Part shown: piece by piece, positions 11,672 through 23,604 of the stretch | Layout: every line of letters begins with the position of its first letter | Numbering within the stretch: position 1 is the first letter of the stretch | Assembly (NCBI GenBank): GCA_043228905.1 | Contig: JBHGNT010000013.1 | Location: 12,896,001 to 12,960,000 of the forward strand | DNA length: 64,000 nucleotides | Direction of reading: 5' to 3' | Source of the DNA: Azolla caroliniana | Lineage: Eukaryota > Plantae > Polypodiophyta | The notes under the pieces: generated by a model | Seen by the model: the letters and a program-made list of their open reading frames with translations, nothing else | Told to the model about the DNA's origin: nothing | The model's database searches: none | Made by a program: the position numbers and the translations under genes

Positions 11672-12434
11672 CTCCTTGCCACCCGCCTTCACGTCGGGTT
11701 CACCAACTTGTGTCGTGCCTTTCGGCTCCGGATCGTTTGCGTGAGTCGGGTGGGAACCACTGGGGTTTTGGACTAGGAGGAAAGAAAAATACAAATAAGG
11801 CTAGTAAAGAATAGGTATAAAGAGTTATAAGATAAGAATCTCGTGAATCCCACGAGTTTAGTATATTTAGTCAATATTTAGGTAGTAAGAGAGAATTATT
11901 TTAGCAAATTCGTGAATCCCACGAATATTTTAGATTGATTGATCATTATAGAAAAATAATCAACAAAAACTACAATTTGCTCCCCATCCTTATATAGTGA
12001 TGGGAGAGACTAAGCATAGCTACATGCTTTTTTCTAATATGTTCATGCACACTAAATGTGCATGTGATGCTTTTCTAATCCTTGCTTTTATTTGCTAAAT
12101 ATAGTGCTCATGCACGCTAGATGTGCATGAGTCACTTTTTAGTTGCTTGCGTTTTTCTATAAAATATTCACGCACTCTAAATATACATGATTTACCTTTT
12201 AATAAAGGTAGGCGCAAATAAAGCACTTATAGTTATTAAATCTATTTATAGAACATTAAAGATAAGGTAGCATAATGGTAAAGTTGAGGTTTGGCTACGT
12301 GGAGGTACAAGGTTCGAATCTTGCCCTATGCACGTGATAAATATCTTGATATTCTTATTTTATTTATTTATATGTAATTAAATCGGTTATATTATTTTTA
12401 CTTTTTCACGTAGTGTACGAAATACACTACGACA

Positions 12435-13893
12435 CCGCTCAGGACACGCTCACGCATGAAGTGATAGTGCACTTCTATGTGCTTTTGTGCGAGCATGGAA
12501 TACGGGGTTCTTGGCGAGTTGCATGCTACTTATGTTGTCGCAGTAGACCAGAATCGGGGTCCGTACCTCGATCTGTAGGTCTTGCAGCAGTCACCGAAGC
12601 CAAATGGCTTCACAGGTGGCAATGGTAGCACCCTGATACTCAGCCTCAGTGCTTGACAGAGCAACTGTAGGCTACTTTTTGCTGCTCCACACAACAACCG
12701 CGCTACCTAGGGAAAACATGTAACCGGAGGTTGATCGGCGATTTGATGCATCGCCGGCCCAGTCGACATCTATGTAACTGACCAGCTCTTCGGGTATACC
12801 GCACCGGTATAACAAGCCGCTTACATATCGTACTATCCGCTGCGCACACTGAAGGTGCTCCACGGTCGGCTTCTGCATGAACTGGCTTATCATTCCGATC
12901 GGATTGCTGATGTCGGGTCGCATGATAGTCAAGTAAATAAGGCTTCCGACAATTTGTTGGAACCGTTTCTCGTTCCAGGCCAGTCCGGAGTTAGGATGAA
13001 GCTTCTGGTTCCGGTCCAAGGGTGTGGAGATAGGTTGGCATTCTGTCATGCTGAACTTGTACAGCATATTCAAGACGTAATGTCGTGGTGAGAGCAATAT
13101 GCCATCGGGGGTTCGGATCACCTCGATCCCAAGAAAATAATGAAGGTCCCCCAGGTCCTTCATCTCAAATGTGTCCGACAACTGGGACTTGATGTGGTTC
13201 ACTTCTGGAACACCCGGTGCGGTGATGACTAAATCATTAACGTACAGTAGGATGCATACAGGATCGGCTGAGCCTTTCCATGTGAACAACGAAGAGTCGG
13301 ACTTGGAGGCTGCAAACCCCATCTTACGCAACTGGTGCGTGATCTTCGCATTCCAAGCTCGAGGGGCATGCTTTAGGCCATACAACGACTTCTTCAGCCG
13401 GCATACCGCCAACTTGGTCATCTCCGATTGTAAACCGGGGGCCGGAGTCATAAAGACTTCTTCTTCAAGATCACCCTGAAGAAATGCATTCTTCACATCC
13501 ATCTAGTGAAGAAGCCACCCTCTTGCTGCAGCAACCGCCAGCACCACACGAACCGTCGTCATCTTAGCTATCGGAGCGAAGGTCTCGTCGTAGTCGATTT
13601 CGTGGGTCTGTGCGTATCCCTTCGCCACTAACCGGGCCTTGTACCGGTTAACTAAACCATCGACATTGTACTTTACCTTGTACACCCACTTGCATCCGAT
13701 CAGTTTACAGTGACGGGGAAGGTCAACTAGGTCCCATGTCTTGTTGACATCAAGTGCCCGCATTTCTTCCTCCATAGCGGCATGCCAATTTGCGTCCTTC
13801 GCCGCTTCTGTGTAGCTCTCTGGCTCACGCACTTCCGCCACCTTAGTCATGTATGCATAGTGATGCGCCATGTACTCATTTTACCCGTACCGC
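12435..13893 (-). pseudogene. pol: Copia A reverse transcriptase-RNase H
   Basis: KARLVAKGY, MDVKNAFLQG, LYGLK, LYVNDL, DVDWAGD, KHIEVHYHF. Confidence 0.93.
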
Positions 13894-15185
13894 TGTCGTG
13901 AAGAAAACCGTCCCCTGGCGTAATCAGTGAATAGCACAAAGGAACCGGCCCTTCACGTGTGCGCGCTCTTAATGTATATAATAGAGAATTAGGTACAGAG
14001 AGAGATCCGGGGTAGTTAGATTCGGTAGGTAGGAAGTAAATGAGGGAGATGGCTCCCCTCTTGACGCTATAAAGGAGAGGGAGACGCAGGGAGAGAGGAT
14101 AGCGCATTGAGGAGGACGAAGTGCTGTCGGACCGGAACCGAACGCTTCTCCAATGTTTGTTCTCTGTTGCCCTTCTCTGCAGGTTTCAGGAGGCTCGCGC
14201 TGCTTCGAGGAACGCCCGTGTGCTTCCGGTAGCACCTCCATCCTATTCCCATTTCGTGCGTAGACGAACAGACGAACAGCCCGTGCTCATACGTGACCGA
14301 GCGTCTCTCTCCTTCTCTTTCTCCTTCTATCACCTGCTCTTCGGTTCAAGACCCCGGTGGTCCCGCCTTGTTTCTCCACGCACGCGCGTAACAACGCGAC
14401 ATCTTTGGTGAACCCGACGTGAAACAGGCGGCAAAGGAGCAGAAGATGAGGGGGTCGGATCTTGCAGAGGCCATGGCTTCGGCCGTGGACCGGATAGTGA
14501 GCGCGCGTTGTTGTGAAGAAAACCGTCCACAAGCGGAATTGGTGCGCCGGAGCGTAGGAAACGGCTCTTCTTGCGCGTTGTACATAAGAGAGAATATTGT
14601 ACATAGAAGATCCTAGGCAGGTAGATTCGGTAGGTAGGGAGTTAATGGGAAACGGCTCCTTCCTTACCTATAAAAGGAGGGAAACGAGGAGGGGCGAAGG
14701 CATCGCAAAATCAGAGAGGACGAAGTGCTGTCGGATTGCAGGCCGAAGGCTTCTCTCTCTTCCATACTCTGTAGTTCCTTTCTGTGCAGGTTTCGGGAGG
14801 CTCGCGCTGCTCTGAGGAATGCCCGAGTGCTTCCGGCAGCACCTCCAACCTACTCCTTTCTTTCTGTGCGTTTACGAACAGGCATCGGCACCTGTTCGCC
14901 GGCCTGTTCGGTTGTAACCGACTACGTGTTTTTGTTGTTTGTCTCTGTTAATATATACATACATTCCTTCGTGTCTCTCTGTGTTGGTTTCCCGCTCGCG
15001 TCTTCGTGTCGAAGCGCCGTGTCCCTGTGGATCTACGCTCGCACCTAGTGGACCTCTTCCCTTCTCCTTTCTCTCTTGCTCTTCGGTACAAGACCCCCGA
15101 GGTCCCGCCTCATTCCACGCATCCACGAGGAATACCTCGACATCTTGGTGAACCCGACGTGAAGGAGGCGGTAGAAGAGCAGAAG

Positions 15186-17313
15186 ATGAAAGGGTCAGAT
15201 CTTGCGGAGGCCATGGCTTCGGCCGTGGATCGGATATTGAGCGCACGCGAGGGCTCGGGCGCCCTTGATAGAGCCATTGAGGCGGTCGTCACTACGATCG
15301 GCCGGTTCAGCGGAAAGGATGCCACGAAGTATTTGGCGTCCTACGGGGCAGAAATGCTGATGCGGGACATTCCGGAAGAGAGGCGTCTTGCCGGGTTCGC
15401 TCGAGTGGCGATGCCGAGCATCCATGCGGAGGTGCTCGAGGTGCGGGCGGAGAGCCGTACCTGGGAGGAGTTCGAAGGTCGACTCCTAGAAAAATACGGG
15501 CTGGACGACGAGCTCCGGCTTTTGAAACGGGACTTCATGGAATGGGTGGAGTCCCCCGGCAAGGGAAGAAACGCGTCGGCACTCCTCCTAGAGTTTGAGG
15601 AACGCTTTGCACGCCTTTCGGCGCTTGACCGCACCGTTCTGGATACGAGCCGGGTCCTACTGTTCGTCAAGTCGGTGGACGAGCGGGACCGGGATCAAGT
15701 CGGCTCCTTGCTGGAAACCGAAGACGGGCTGACGACCGACTGGGCGGTGGTTAAGAGAGTCTGTGGCCGTTTCGACAAACGGCGAGAATGGGCTAAGGAC
15801 GGGGCGGCCGGTGCGGGCTCTGTCATAGCAAGGAGGCTTGAACCGGCACCGCAAGGGCGAAGGGTTTAGGGCCCGGGAGTGGCTCGAAACCGGTTCGGCT
15901 TCGACCGGCATGGTCAATGGCTCATCCGGAGGAGCAGCGCTGGAGGAGTTGACGCGGGCGATAAAGGATCTCCAGATCGCCCAGACTCGAAGGGAAGGCG
16001 GCGAACCGGGTCATGACCGACGGCCGGTAGCAGGGAACAGGTGCATGTGGTGCGACGAGGTCGGCCACATCCGGAAGGACTGCGGCGATTTCACAGAGGC
16101 GTTGAGGAACCAGGTGGTGTACCTGTGGGAAGAACGGGTGCACGCCGGCGACACCAGAAGGGCCCTAAACCGAAATGACGGGCGAGGAGGTATGAAGAGA
16201 CTGATGGAAGAGGCAGCGGCCCGACACGTGGAGGCCATCCACTACTCGGCGTCGGCTGGTATTCGGGTTGGGGGCAGCGAGGCCTGAAAGGAGAGCAAAG
16301 ACGGATTCTGGCTGGCAATGCTGGAAGGCCTCGCCGGCGCACAGCTGAGGAAAGATGAAACGGACCGCGCTGAGAGACGGGTCCGGGAAATAACCGGGTG
16401 GAGCGACCCGGTCGAGGAGAAGACGGCCTTCGTAGAAGCCGCCTGCCGGAACTTCGAGGCTCTGGTGGAAGACAAACGAGTGGGGAAAGCCGGAGCGTCC
16501 GGGCCCTCACAACGATACGAGACCCGATTCGGGCAACGACGGAACGATGCCGGCGGGTCCAGCGTGCAAGATAACCCCAGGAAGGGCGAATACCGACTGG
16601 GGACGGAAATAGAAAGGACCACGGACCTACGAAAGTTCCTAGAAGAACGGATCCTCGACAGCAAAGTGGAGCTGTCATTACGGGAGGTGCTAGGGATTGC
16701 CAAGAAGGAGTTCCACGACTCCATTGTGGACTTGGTGAAACGAAAGAGGTTGTCGACGGAGACGGAACCGGAAAGACCGGTGGAGGTGCGGACGACGCTC
16801 ATCGACGACATGGCACTGGAAGATGAGTGGGCGGAGAGCCACTATTCGAGGCCACACTAGGCCCGAGCGACCACGGAGACCCCGGTAAAGATCGGAGATG
16901 TTCAGGAACCGGTGGTGGCACTGGTGGACCACGGTTCGGAAATAAACCTGATGTCCATGGACTTCTATAAGAAGGGAAAGTGGCCGATCAACACCAAGCA
17001 CGGCTGGAAGATACGGGCGGCGACGCGCGCCACGGAGGAACTGCATGGGGCCTGCCCGAACGTGCAAGTCAAGATTGGCGACGTCGAGATTGACCAGCAC
17101 TTCTTCGTACAGGAGACGTCCTCGCACCCGGTCATATTAGGGGAACCATACATCACGGCGGCGCGAATGGAGACCAAGGTGTTGGACAACGGTTCGGCCT
17201 ACGCGAGGGTCAAAAGCCAAGATGGGCGTCATTCGGTCCAATTTCTGACGGTGAGACCGAACCACGAGCGAAACCGTGAATCCATCGGTGGCGAGAACCG
17301 GGAGGAGTTTTAG
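15186..17313 (+). pseudogene. gag: Element Y gag-protease (disrupted)
   Basis: Zinc knuckle CMWCDEVGHIRKDC and protease ALVDHGSEINLM; stops and a frameshift. Confidence 0.88.
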
Positions 17314-17369
17314 AGAGGGCTGCCAAGGCGTGGGGCTAAGACAGCCCGGACACTCGGGAAAAACCCCAC
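17304..17369 (+). promoter_or_regulatory. Putative -1 ribosomal frameshift signal (Y copy, slippery site degenerate)
   Basis: G_GAG_TTT TAG, 6-nt spacer, GGGCTG/CAGCCC and GTGGGG/CCCCAC pseudoknot stems. Confidence 0.55.
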
Positions 17370-20300
17370 AGTTGTACGATAGAACCGAAACCGAAGAATC
17401 CCTGTACGATAGGTAGGAAGTTTTGCTTCTCCAACAACGGAGGGTGTATGATAGTCGGCATCGTTGGCCGAGAAAAGACAGGGGCAGAAGTGCGACTTCG
17501 AGCGTGCGGAGTTCTCGGCCCGGACGAGGAAATCAGCGGAGCCGTGGAGGTGGTCTCCTTCGATGACACCTTGGGAATGCTGAGGAAGGTAGCGGGAGAA
17601 GACCTTAACGAAGACCGGACGATACTGGTATGTTCCGAAGAGATGTACGAAGTCATCGCGAACTTCAGTCGGGGGCTCAGGTCGTATCGGACGGCCCGAG
17701 TTAACACAAAGTACAAGACTGTGGACCGGAAGGTAAGGCCAGTCGCGGCACCCTTACCGGAGGGCAGCGAGTCCCGGATCAGAGGGGTTGCGTCGGACCC
17801 TAGTTTACGAGATCCGGCCTGCATAGGACACACCTTCACCGACGGGACGCTCCGGGAGCTCAAAATCGGTGGGGGCGGGTTCCTACTGCCGGCGGAGGAA
17901 GACCGGTTTCGGAGGATGCTCGGAAGGCACGGGAAAGCCTTCGCATTCTCACCGGAAGAGATCGGTTGTGTAGACCTGATGATCGTGGAGCCGATGGTGA
18001 TATTCACGGTACCGCATGTGCCGTGGAATCTCAAGCCGATTCCGGTACCGAGAGGTCACATCCTGAAGTTGATGGAGTTATTGAGGCAGAAAGTAGATAT
18101 GGGCATTCTCGAACCGTTGAGTGCCCCATACTCGAACCGATGGTTTACCGTACCGAAGAAAAACGGAACATTGCGCTTCATTCAGGACCTGTAGCCGGCC
18201 AACAGAGTGACCATTCGGAACGCAGGAATCAGACCGACCATAGACGAGTTCGCGGAGGCCTTCGCCGGAAGGTCGATCTACTCGGTCGGTGATCTGTACT
18301 CATAGTACGACCAGTTCCAGTTAGCCGTGGAGAGCAGAGACATTACGACGATGCGAACTCCCCTCGGCCTAGTGCGAATGTGTACCCTGCAGCAAGGAGG
18401 GACCAACTCGGTGGCCCACATGGTGAATGCAATGAACAAGGTACTGGGGGATTGCATCCCGGACATCACCATGCCATTTCTGGACAACATCCTGATTAAG
18501 GGGTGCCCGGTGGAAGAGAAGGACGAGACAGTCGGGCCGGTCAGATGCTGGCGATTCGTGGCAGCACACATCGACGACTACGAGAAGTTGCTACAAAGGC
18601 TAGAGGATGCGAGGCTCACCTTCTCTGGGGAGAAATCGGCCTTCGGGCAATCGGAAATCCTGGTGGTCGGACACCTATGTGGACCATATGGCCGGAAGCC
18701 GTCTCCGGCAAAGGTAGAAGCCATCTCCGCGATGAAGACCGACTGTAGCTCGGTTACGGAAGTTCGGAGGTTCCTGAGGGCATGCGCGTTCTACCACATA
18801 TGGATCCCGCATTACGCCCACGTTGCGGAGCTGCTATACGGGTTGCTGAAGAAATGGCGAAAATTCGAGTGGCGAGACGAGCACATGGAGTCGTTCCAGA
18901 AACTGAAGGAAGCTCTTGCGGCAGCACCGGCGCTCCGGAAGGCTGTCTACGAGAAGGGTACCCCGGTATACATAACGGTGGATACGAGTCCGACCGGGAT
19001 CGGATGGGTCGTCAACCAAGAAGACGGGGACGGCATTCGGTTCCCGATCCGATTCGGCGCGAAGGTCCTGAGTGAGCGACAGCGAGGGTACGCCTAGGTT
19101 AAACGCGAACTCTGGGGTATCGTTTCGGCAGTAAAGGCCGACAAAGACTACCTGATTGGGACGGAAGTGATTATCGAGACGGATTGCCTGCCAATTCTCG
19201 GCATGGTTTCCGGATGCGCGACACCAGACCTGGCAATGCTCAAGTGGATAGCGTACATCAAGTCCCTGGACCCGGAAATACGGCACATTTCCGGAAAGGA
19301 CAACGCCATGGCCGACATGCTTTCGAGGGCGAGGTTTGATGACGAGGGCGGCATGGTTTCGGAGGACGACGAAGTCGGCGTGGACTTCTTCGAGGCGGCT
19401 TATGTGACGACAGATGGGACGAGCAATCCGGCACTTAATGACTTCGACGAGAGCAAGTACGATGGCGAGTGGCTCCAGATCAGTGGTTTCTTGAGGACAA
19501 TGACGCCGGATGCGTCGTGGACGAGGGACGAGGCCAACCGGATCCGGAAGAAAGCATACCGGTTCTTTCTCCGGGACGGATACTTATTGGAAGCACCCGT
19601 AGAAGAGGAACGGCGTCTCACTCCGGGTGGTGGCGATGAAGGAAGAACGGGAGGAGCTGCTGACGGCCTACCACGACAACCCTTGGGCTGGAAACCGTGG
19701 AACGTGGGCCACATTCGAGAAGATAAAGGGGAAGTACTGGTGGCCGGGACTATACCGGGATGTGCATCGGTTCGTGACAACTTCCGAAAGCTGTCAGATG
19801 CACTCCATAGTCCGACATCGGGACGAGCTTCACCCAACGTACCCTCCGACCATCCACATCAAATGGATGGTAGACCTGGTGACGATGCCGATGGGAGTAG
19901 GACAGATGCGGTATCTAGTCCTGGCTCGGGAAGATCTGACGAACCAGGTAGAACGCCGAGCCCTTCAAAACAAAACGACCGCGGCCAAATGTCGGTTCCT
20001 GATTGAGGACGTGATATGCCGGTACGGATGCGTCGGGAAGATCGTGGCTGATCGCGGGGAGTTGGACGCCGAAGAGGCCGAGGAACTGTTCGAACGACTA
20101 TGAGTCAAGCTCTCGCTCACCACTGCATACAATCCGGAGGCGAATGGGAAGGTGGAGCGCGGACACGGACCGATCGTCAAGGCGTTAGTTCGGGCATGCG
20201 GAGGTCAAGTGGGGAACTGGTCGCGGCTATTGCCTTACGCATTGTGGGCGGACCGAACTACGCACAGTTCGGTAACCAGATTCATGCCGGCAGAGCTCAT

Positions 20301-20870
20301 GTTTGGGCAGAAGCCGATCATGCCGATGGAACGTACGATCTCCTCATGGGCTACCGTGGACTGGAGAGACGAGATGAGCCGGGAGGAACTGTTGACGGCG
20401 CGCATATGGCAGCTCGAGCGAAGACCGGAGGACGTGGAGCAGGCTGCGGAAAAGCTTCGGGTGGTAAGGACGAGGAACAAAGCCCGGTTCGACCGAACGC
20501 ACCGGCTCCGACCGAAGAAGATCGAGGAAGGCGACTGGGTGCTAGTCTACGACAGCAGCCTCGACAACCAGCACCGAGCGACACGGAAGTTCGCAAGAAG
20601 GTTGTTCTGGCCTTACGTGGTACAAAGTGCCAACGACAACGGGACGTACCATCTGGCGGAACTCGACGGTACGAGAATGGCGATACCGGTAGCTGGGAAG
20701 CGTATCAAAGCGTTCAAGAAGCGTCACGACGACGAGCCGGATCCGGTTGACTTGGACCGCGACGACGAACGATCCAAAACCGAGGAAGAACCGACGGGCG
20801 GGGAATTAAGGCTGGACCGGTTTTCTCCGTCCCAACTCAATTTGGCGCATGCCAGTGGATGCGCGGTTAG
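17314..20870 (+). pseudogene. pol: Element Y pol (RT-RNase H-integrase)
   Basis: LRFIQDL, MPFLDNI, ETDCLP and integrase core; several stops. Confidence 0.92.
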
Positions 20871-21515
20871 GTGGGGGCGGATGTCGTGAAGAAAACCGTC
20901 CACCAGCGGAATTGGTGCGCCGGAGCGTAGGAACCGGCTCTTCTTGCGCGTTGTACATAAGAGAGAATGTTGTACATAGAAGATCCTAGGCAAGTAGATT
21001 CGGTAGGTAGGGAGTTAATGGGAAACGGCTCCTTCCTTGCCTATAAAAGGAGGGAAACGAGGAGGGGCGAAGGCATCGCGAAATCAGAGAGGATGAAGTG
21101 CTGTCGGATTGCGGGCCGAAGGCTTCTCTCTCTTCCATACTCTGTAGTTCCTTTCTGTGCAGGTTTCGGGAGGCTCGCGCTGCTCTGAGGAATGCCCAAG
21201 TGCTTCCGGCAGCACCTCCAACCTACTCCTTTCTTTCTGTGCGTTTACGAACAGGCATCGGCACCTGTTCGCTGGCCTGTTTGGTTGTAACCGACTACGT
21301 GTTTTTGCTATTTGTCTCTGTTAATATATACATACATTCCTTCGTGTCTCTCTGTGTTGGTTTCCCGCTCGCGTCTTCGTGTCGAAGGGCCGTGTCCCTG
21401 TGGATCTACGCTCACACCTAGTGGACCTCTTCCCTTCTCCTTTCTCTCTTGCTCTTCGGTACAAGACCCCCGAGGTCCCGCCTCATTCCACGCATCCGCG
21501 AGGAATACCTCGACA

Positions 21516-23548
21516 GCGCGAGGGCACCGGCGCCCTTGACAGGGCTATTGAGGCGATCGTCGGTAGGATCGGCCGGTTCAGTGGAAAGGATGCCACGAGT
21601 TATTTGGTGTCCTACCGGGCGGAGATGTTGATGAGGGATATCCCGAAAGAGAGGCGTCTTGCCGGATTCCCTCGAGTGGCGATGATGGGCATCCATGTGG
21701 AGGTGCTCGAGATCCGAGCGGAGAGCCGGACCTGGGAAGAGTTCGAAGGACGGCTCCTGGAGAAATACAGGCTGGATGACGCGCTTCGACTTACGAAGCG
21801 AAGCTTCATGGAATGGGTGGAGTCCCCCAACAAAGGAAGAAATGCGTCGGTACTCCTCCGGGAGTTTGAGGAACGCTTTGCGCGCCTTTCGGCGCTCGAT
21901 CGGACAGTTCTAGACACAAGTCGTGTCCTACTGTTTGTGAAATCAGTTGACACACGGGATCGGGGACAAGTTGGCTCCTTACTGGAAACCGAAGACGGGC
22001 TGACGACCGACAGGGCCGCGGTAAAGAGAGTCTGCGGCCGTTTTGACAAACGGTGGGAGTGGGCTGATACAGAGGCGACCGGGGCGGGACCTGTCGCAGC
22101 AAGGAAGCTCGAACTGATACCACAGGCACGAAGGGAAGAGACCCGGTAATGGCTCGAAACCGGTTCGTCTTCGATCGGCGGGATAAGAGGATCGTCCGGG
22201 GGAACAGCTCTAGAGGAGTTGACACGAGCGGTAAAGGCTCTCCACATCGCCCAGGCTCGGAGGGAAGGCGGCGATCAGGCTCGTGACCGACGGCCTTCGG
22301 CAGGAAGTAGGTGCATGTGGTGCGACGAGGTCGGCCACATCCGGAAAGACTGTGGGGCTCTGTTGGAGGGTCGGGTGCACGCCAGCGATACTCGGAGGGC
22401 CCTGAAACGAAACAACGGAAGAGGAGGAATGAAAAGGCTAATGGAAGAGGCGGCAGCCCGGCACGCGGAGACCGTCCACTACTCAGCGTCAGCCGGTATT
22501 CGGGTCGGGGGCAGCGGGGCCCGGAAGGAGAGCAAAGCCGAGTTCTGGCCGACGGTGCTGGAAGGCCTCGCTGGTGCCCGACTGAAGAGGGACGAGGCGG
22601 ACCGCGCGGAGAAGCGGGTCCAGGAGGTATCCGGGTGGAGTGACCCGGTCGAAGAAAAGACAGGTTTCGTCGAAGCAGCTTGCCAGAACTACGAGGCTCT
22701 GGTTGAAGACAAACGGGTGGGTAGAAACGGAGGGACCGAACCCTCACAAAGATACGAAACCTGATTCGGGCCGAAACGGAACGAGGTCGGTGAGTCCAGT
22801 GCCCGGGATAACCACAAGAAGGGCGGATACCGGTTGGGCACGGAGATCGAAAGGACCACGGACCTACGAAAGGTCCTGGAAGAACGAATCCTCGACAGCA
22901 AGGTGGAACCGTTGTTGCGAGAGGTGCTCGGGATAGCCAAGAAGGAGTTCCACGACTCCATCGTGGACTTGGTGAAGAGGAAGAGGCTGTCGACGGAGGT
23001 AGAACCGGAAAGGTCGGTGGAAGTGCGGACGGCGCACATAGAGGACATGGCGCTGGAAGACGAGTGGGCGGAGGGCCACTATTCGAGGCCACACTAGGCC
23101 CGAGCGACCACGGAAACCCCGGTGCAAATCGTAGATGTTCAGGAACCGGTGGTGGCACTGGTGGACCACAGTTCGGAAATAAACCTTATGTCCAAGGATT
23201 TCTACAGAAAGGGGAAATGGCCAATCAACACTAAGCACGGGTGGAAGATACGGGCGGCGACGCGCCACCGAGGAACTATACGGGGCCTGCCCAAACGTAC
23301 GAGTCAAGATCGGCGACATCGAAATAGACCAACACTTCTTTGTGCAGGAAACGTCCTCGCACCCGGTCATTCTAGGGGAACCGTACATTACGGCGGCGCG
23401 AATGGAGACCAAGGTGCTGGACAACGGGTCGGCTTACGCGAGGGTCAAGAGCCAAGACGGGCGTCATTCAGTCCAGTTCCTGACGGTACGACCCAACCAC
23501 GAGCGAAACCGCGAGTCCCTCGGTGGCGAGAACCGAGAGGATTTTTAG
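21516..23548 (+). pseudogene. gag: Element X gag-protease (disrupted)
   Basis: CMWCDEVGHIRKDC knuckle; ALVDHSSEINLM protease. Confidence 0.88.
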
Positions 23549-23604
23549 AGAGGGCTGCCAAGGCGTGGGGCTGCGATAGTCCGGACACTCCAGTAAAACC
23601 CCAC
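23539..23604 (+). promoter_or_regulatory. Putative -1 ribosomal frameshift signal (X copy)
   Basis: G_GAT_TTT slippery heptamer, TAG, 6-nt spacer, GGGCTG/TAGTCC and GTGGGG/CCCCAC stems. The -1 frame is open across the site. Confidence 0.65.

Larger units (their letters stand above)
8892..12434 (-). mobile_element. Non-autonomous gag-only LTR retrotransposon (TR-GAG-like, 3543 bp), Trp-primed
   Basis: 724-bp LTRs 8892-9615 and 11711-12434 (about 3 differences by eye); PBS TGGTGAACCCGACGTGA; PPT 9616-9627; 4-bp TSD CCGC; no pol. Confidence 0.92.
14509..21515 (+). mobile_element. Full-length Ty3/gypsy element Y (7007 bp) inserted at the gag start of X
   Basis: 634-bp LTRs 14509-15142 and 20882-21515; PBS 15146-15162; TSD GCGT/GCGC; no chromodomain seen. 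Confidence 0.94.

Noticed and set aside
21806-23158. 450-aa antisense ORF and similar shadow ORFs over gypsy gag/pol
   Set aside because: Low-complexity reverse frames of GC-rich coding DNA; not kept at this length in element Y.
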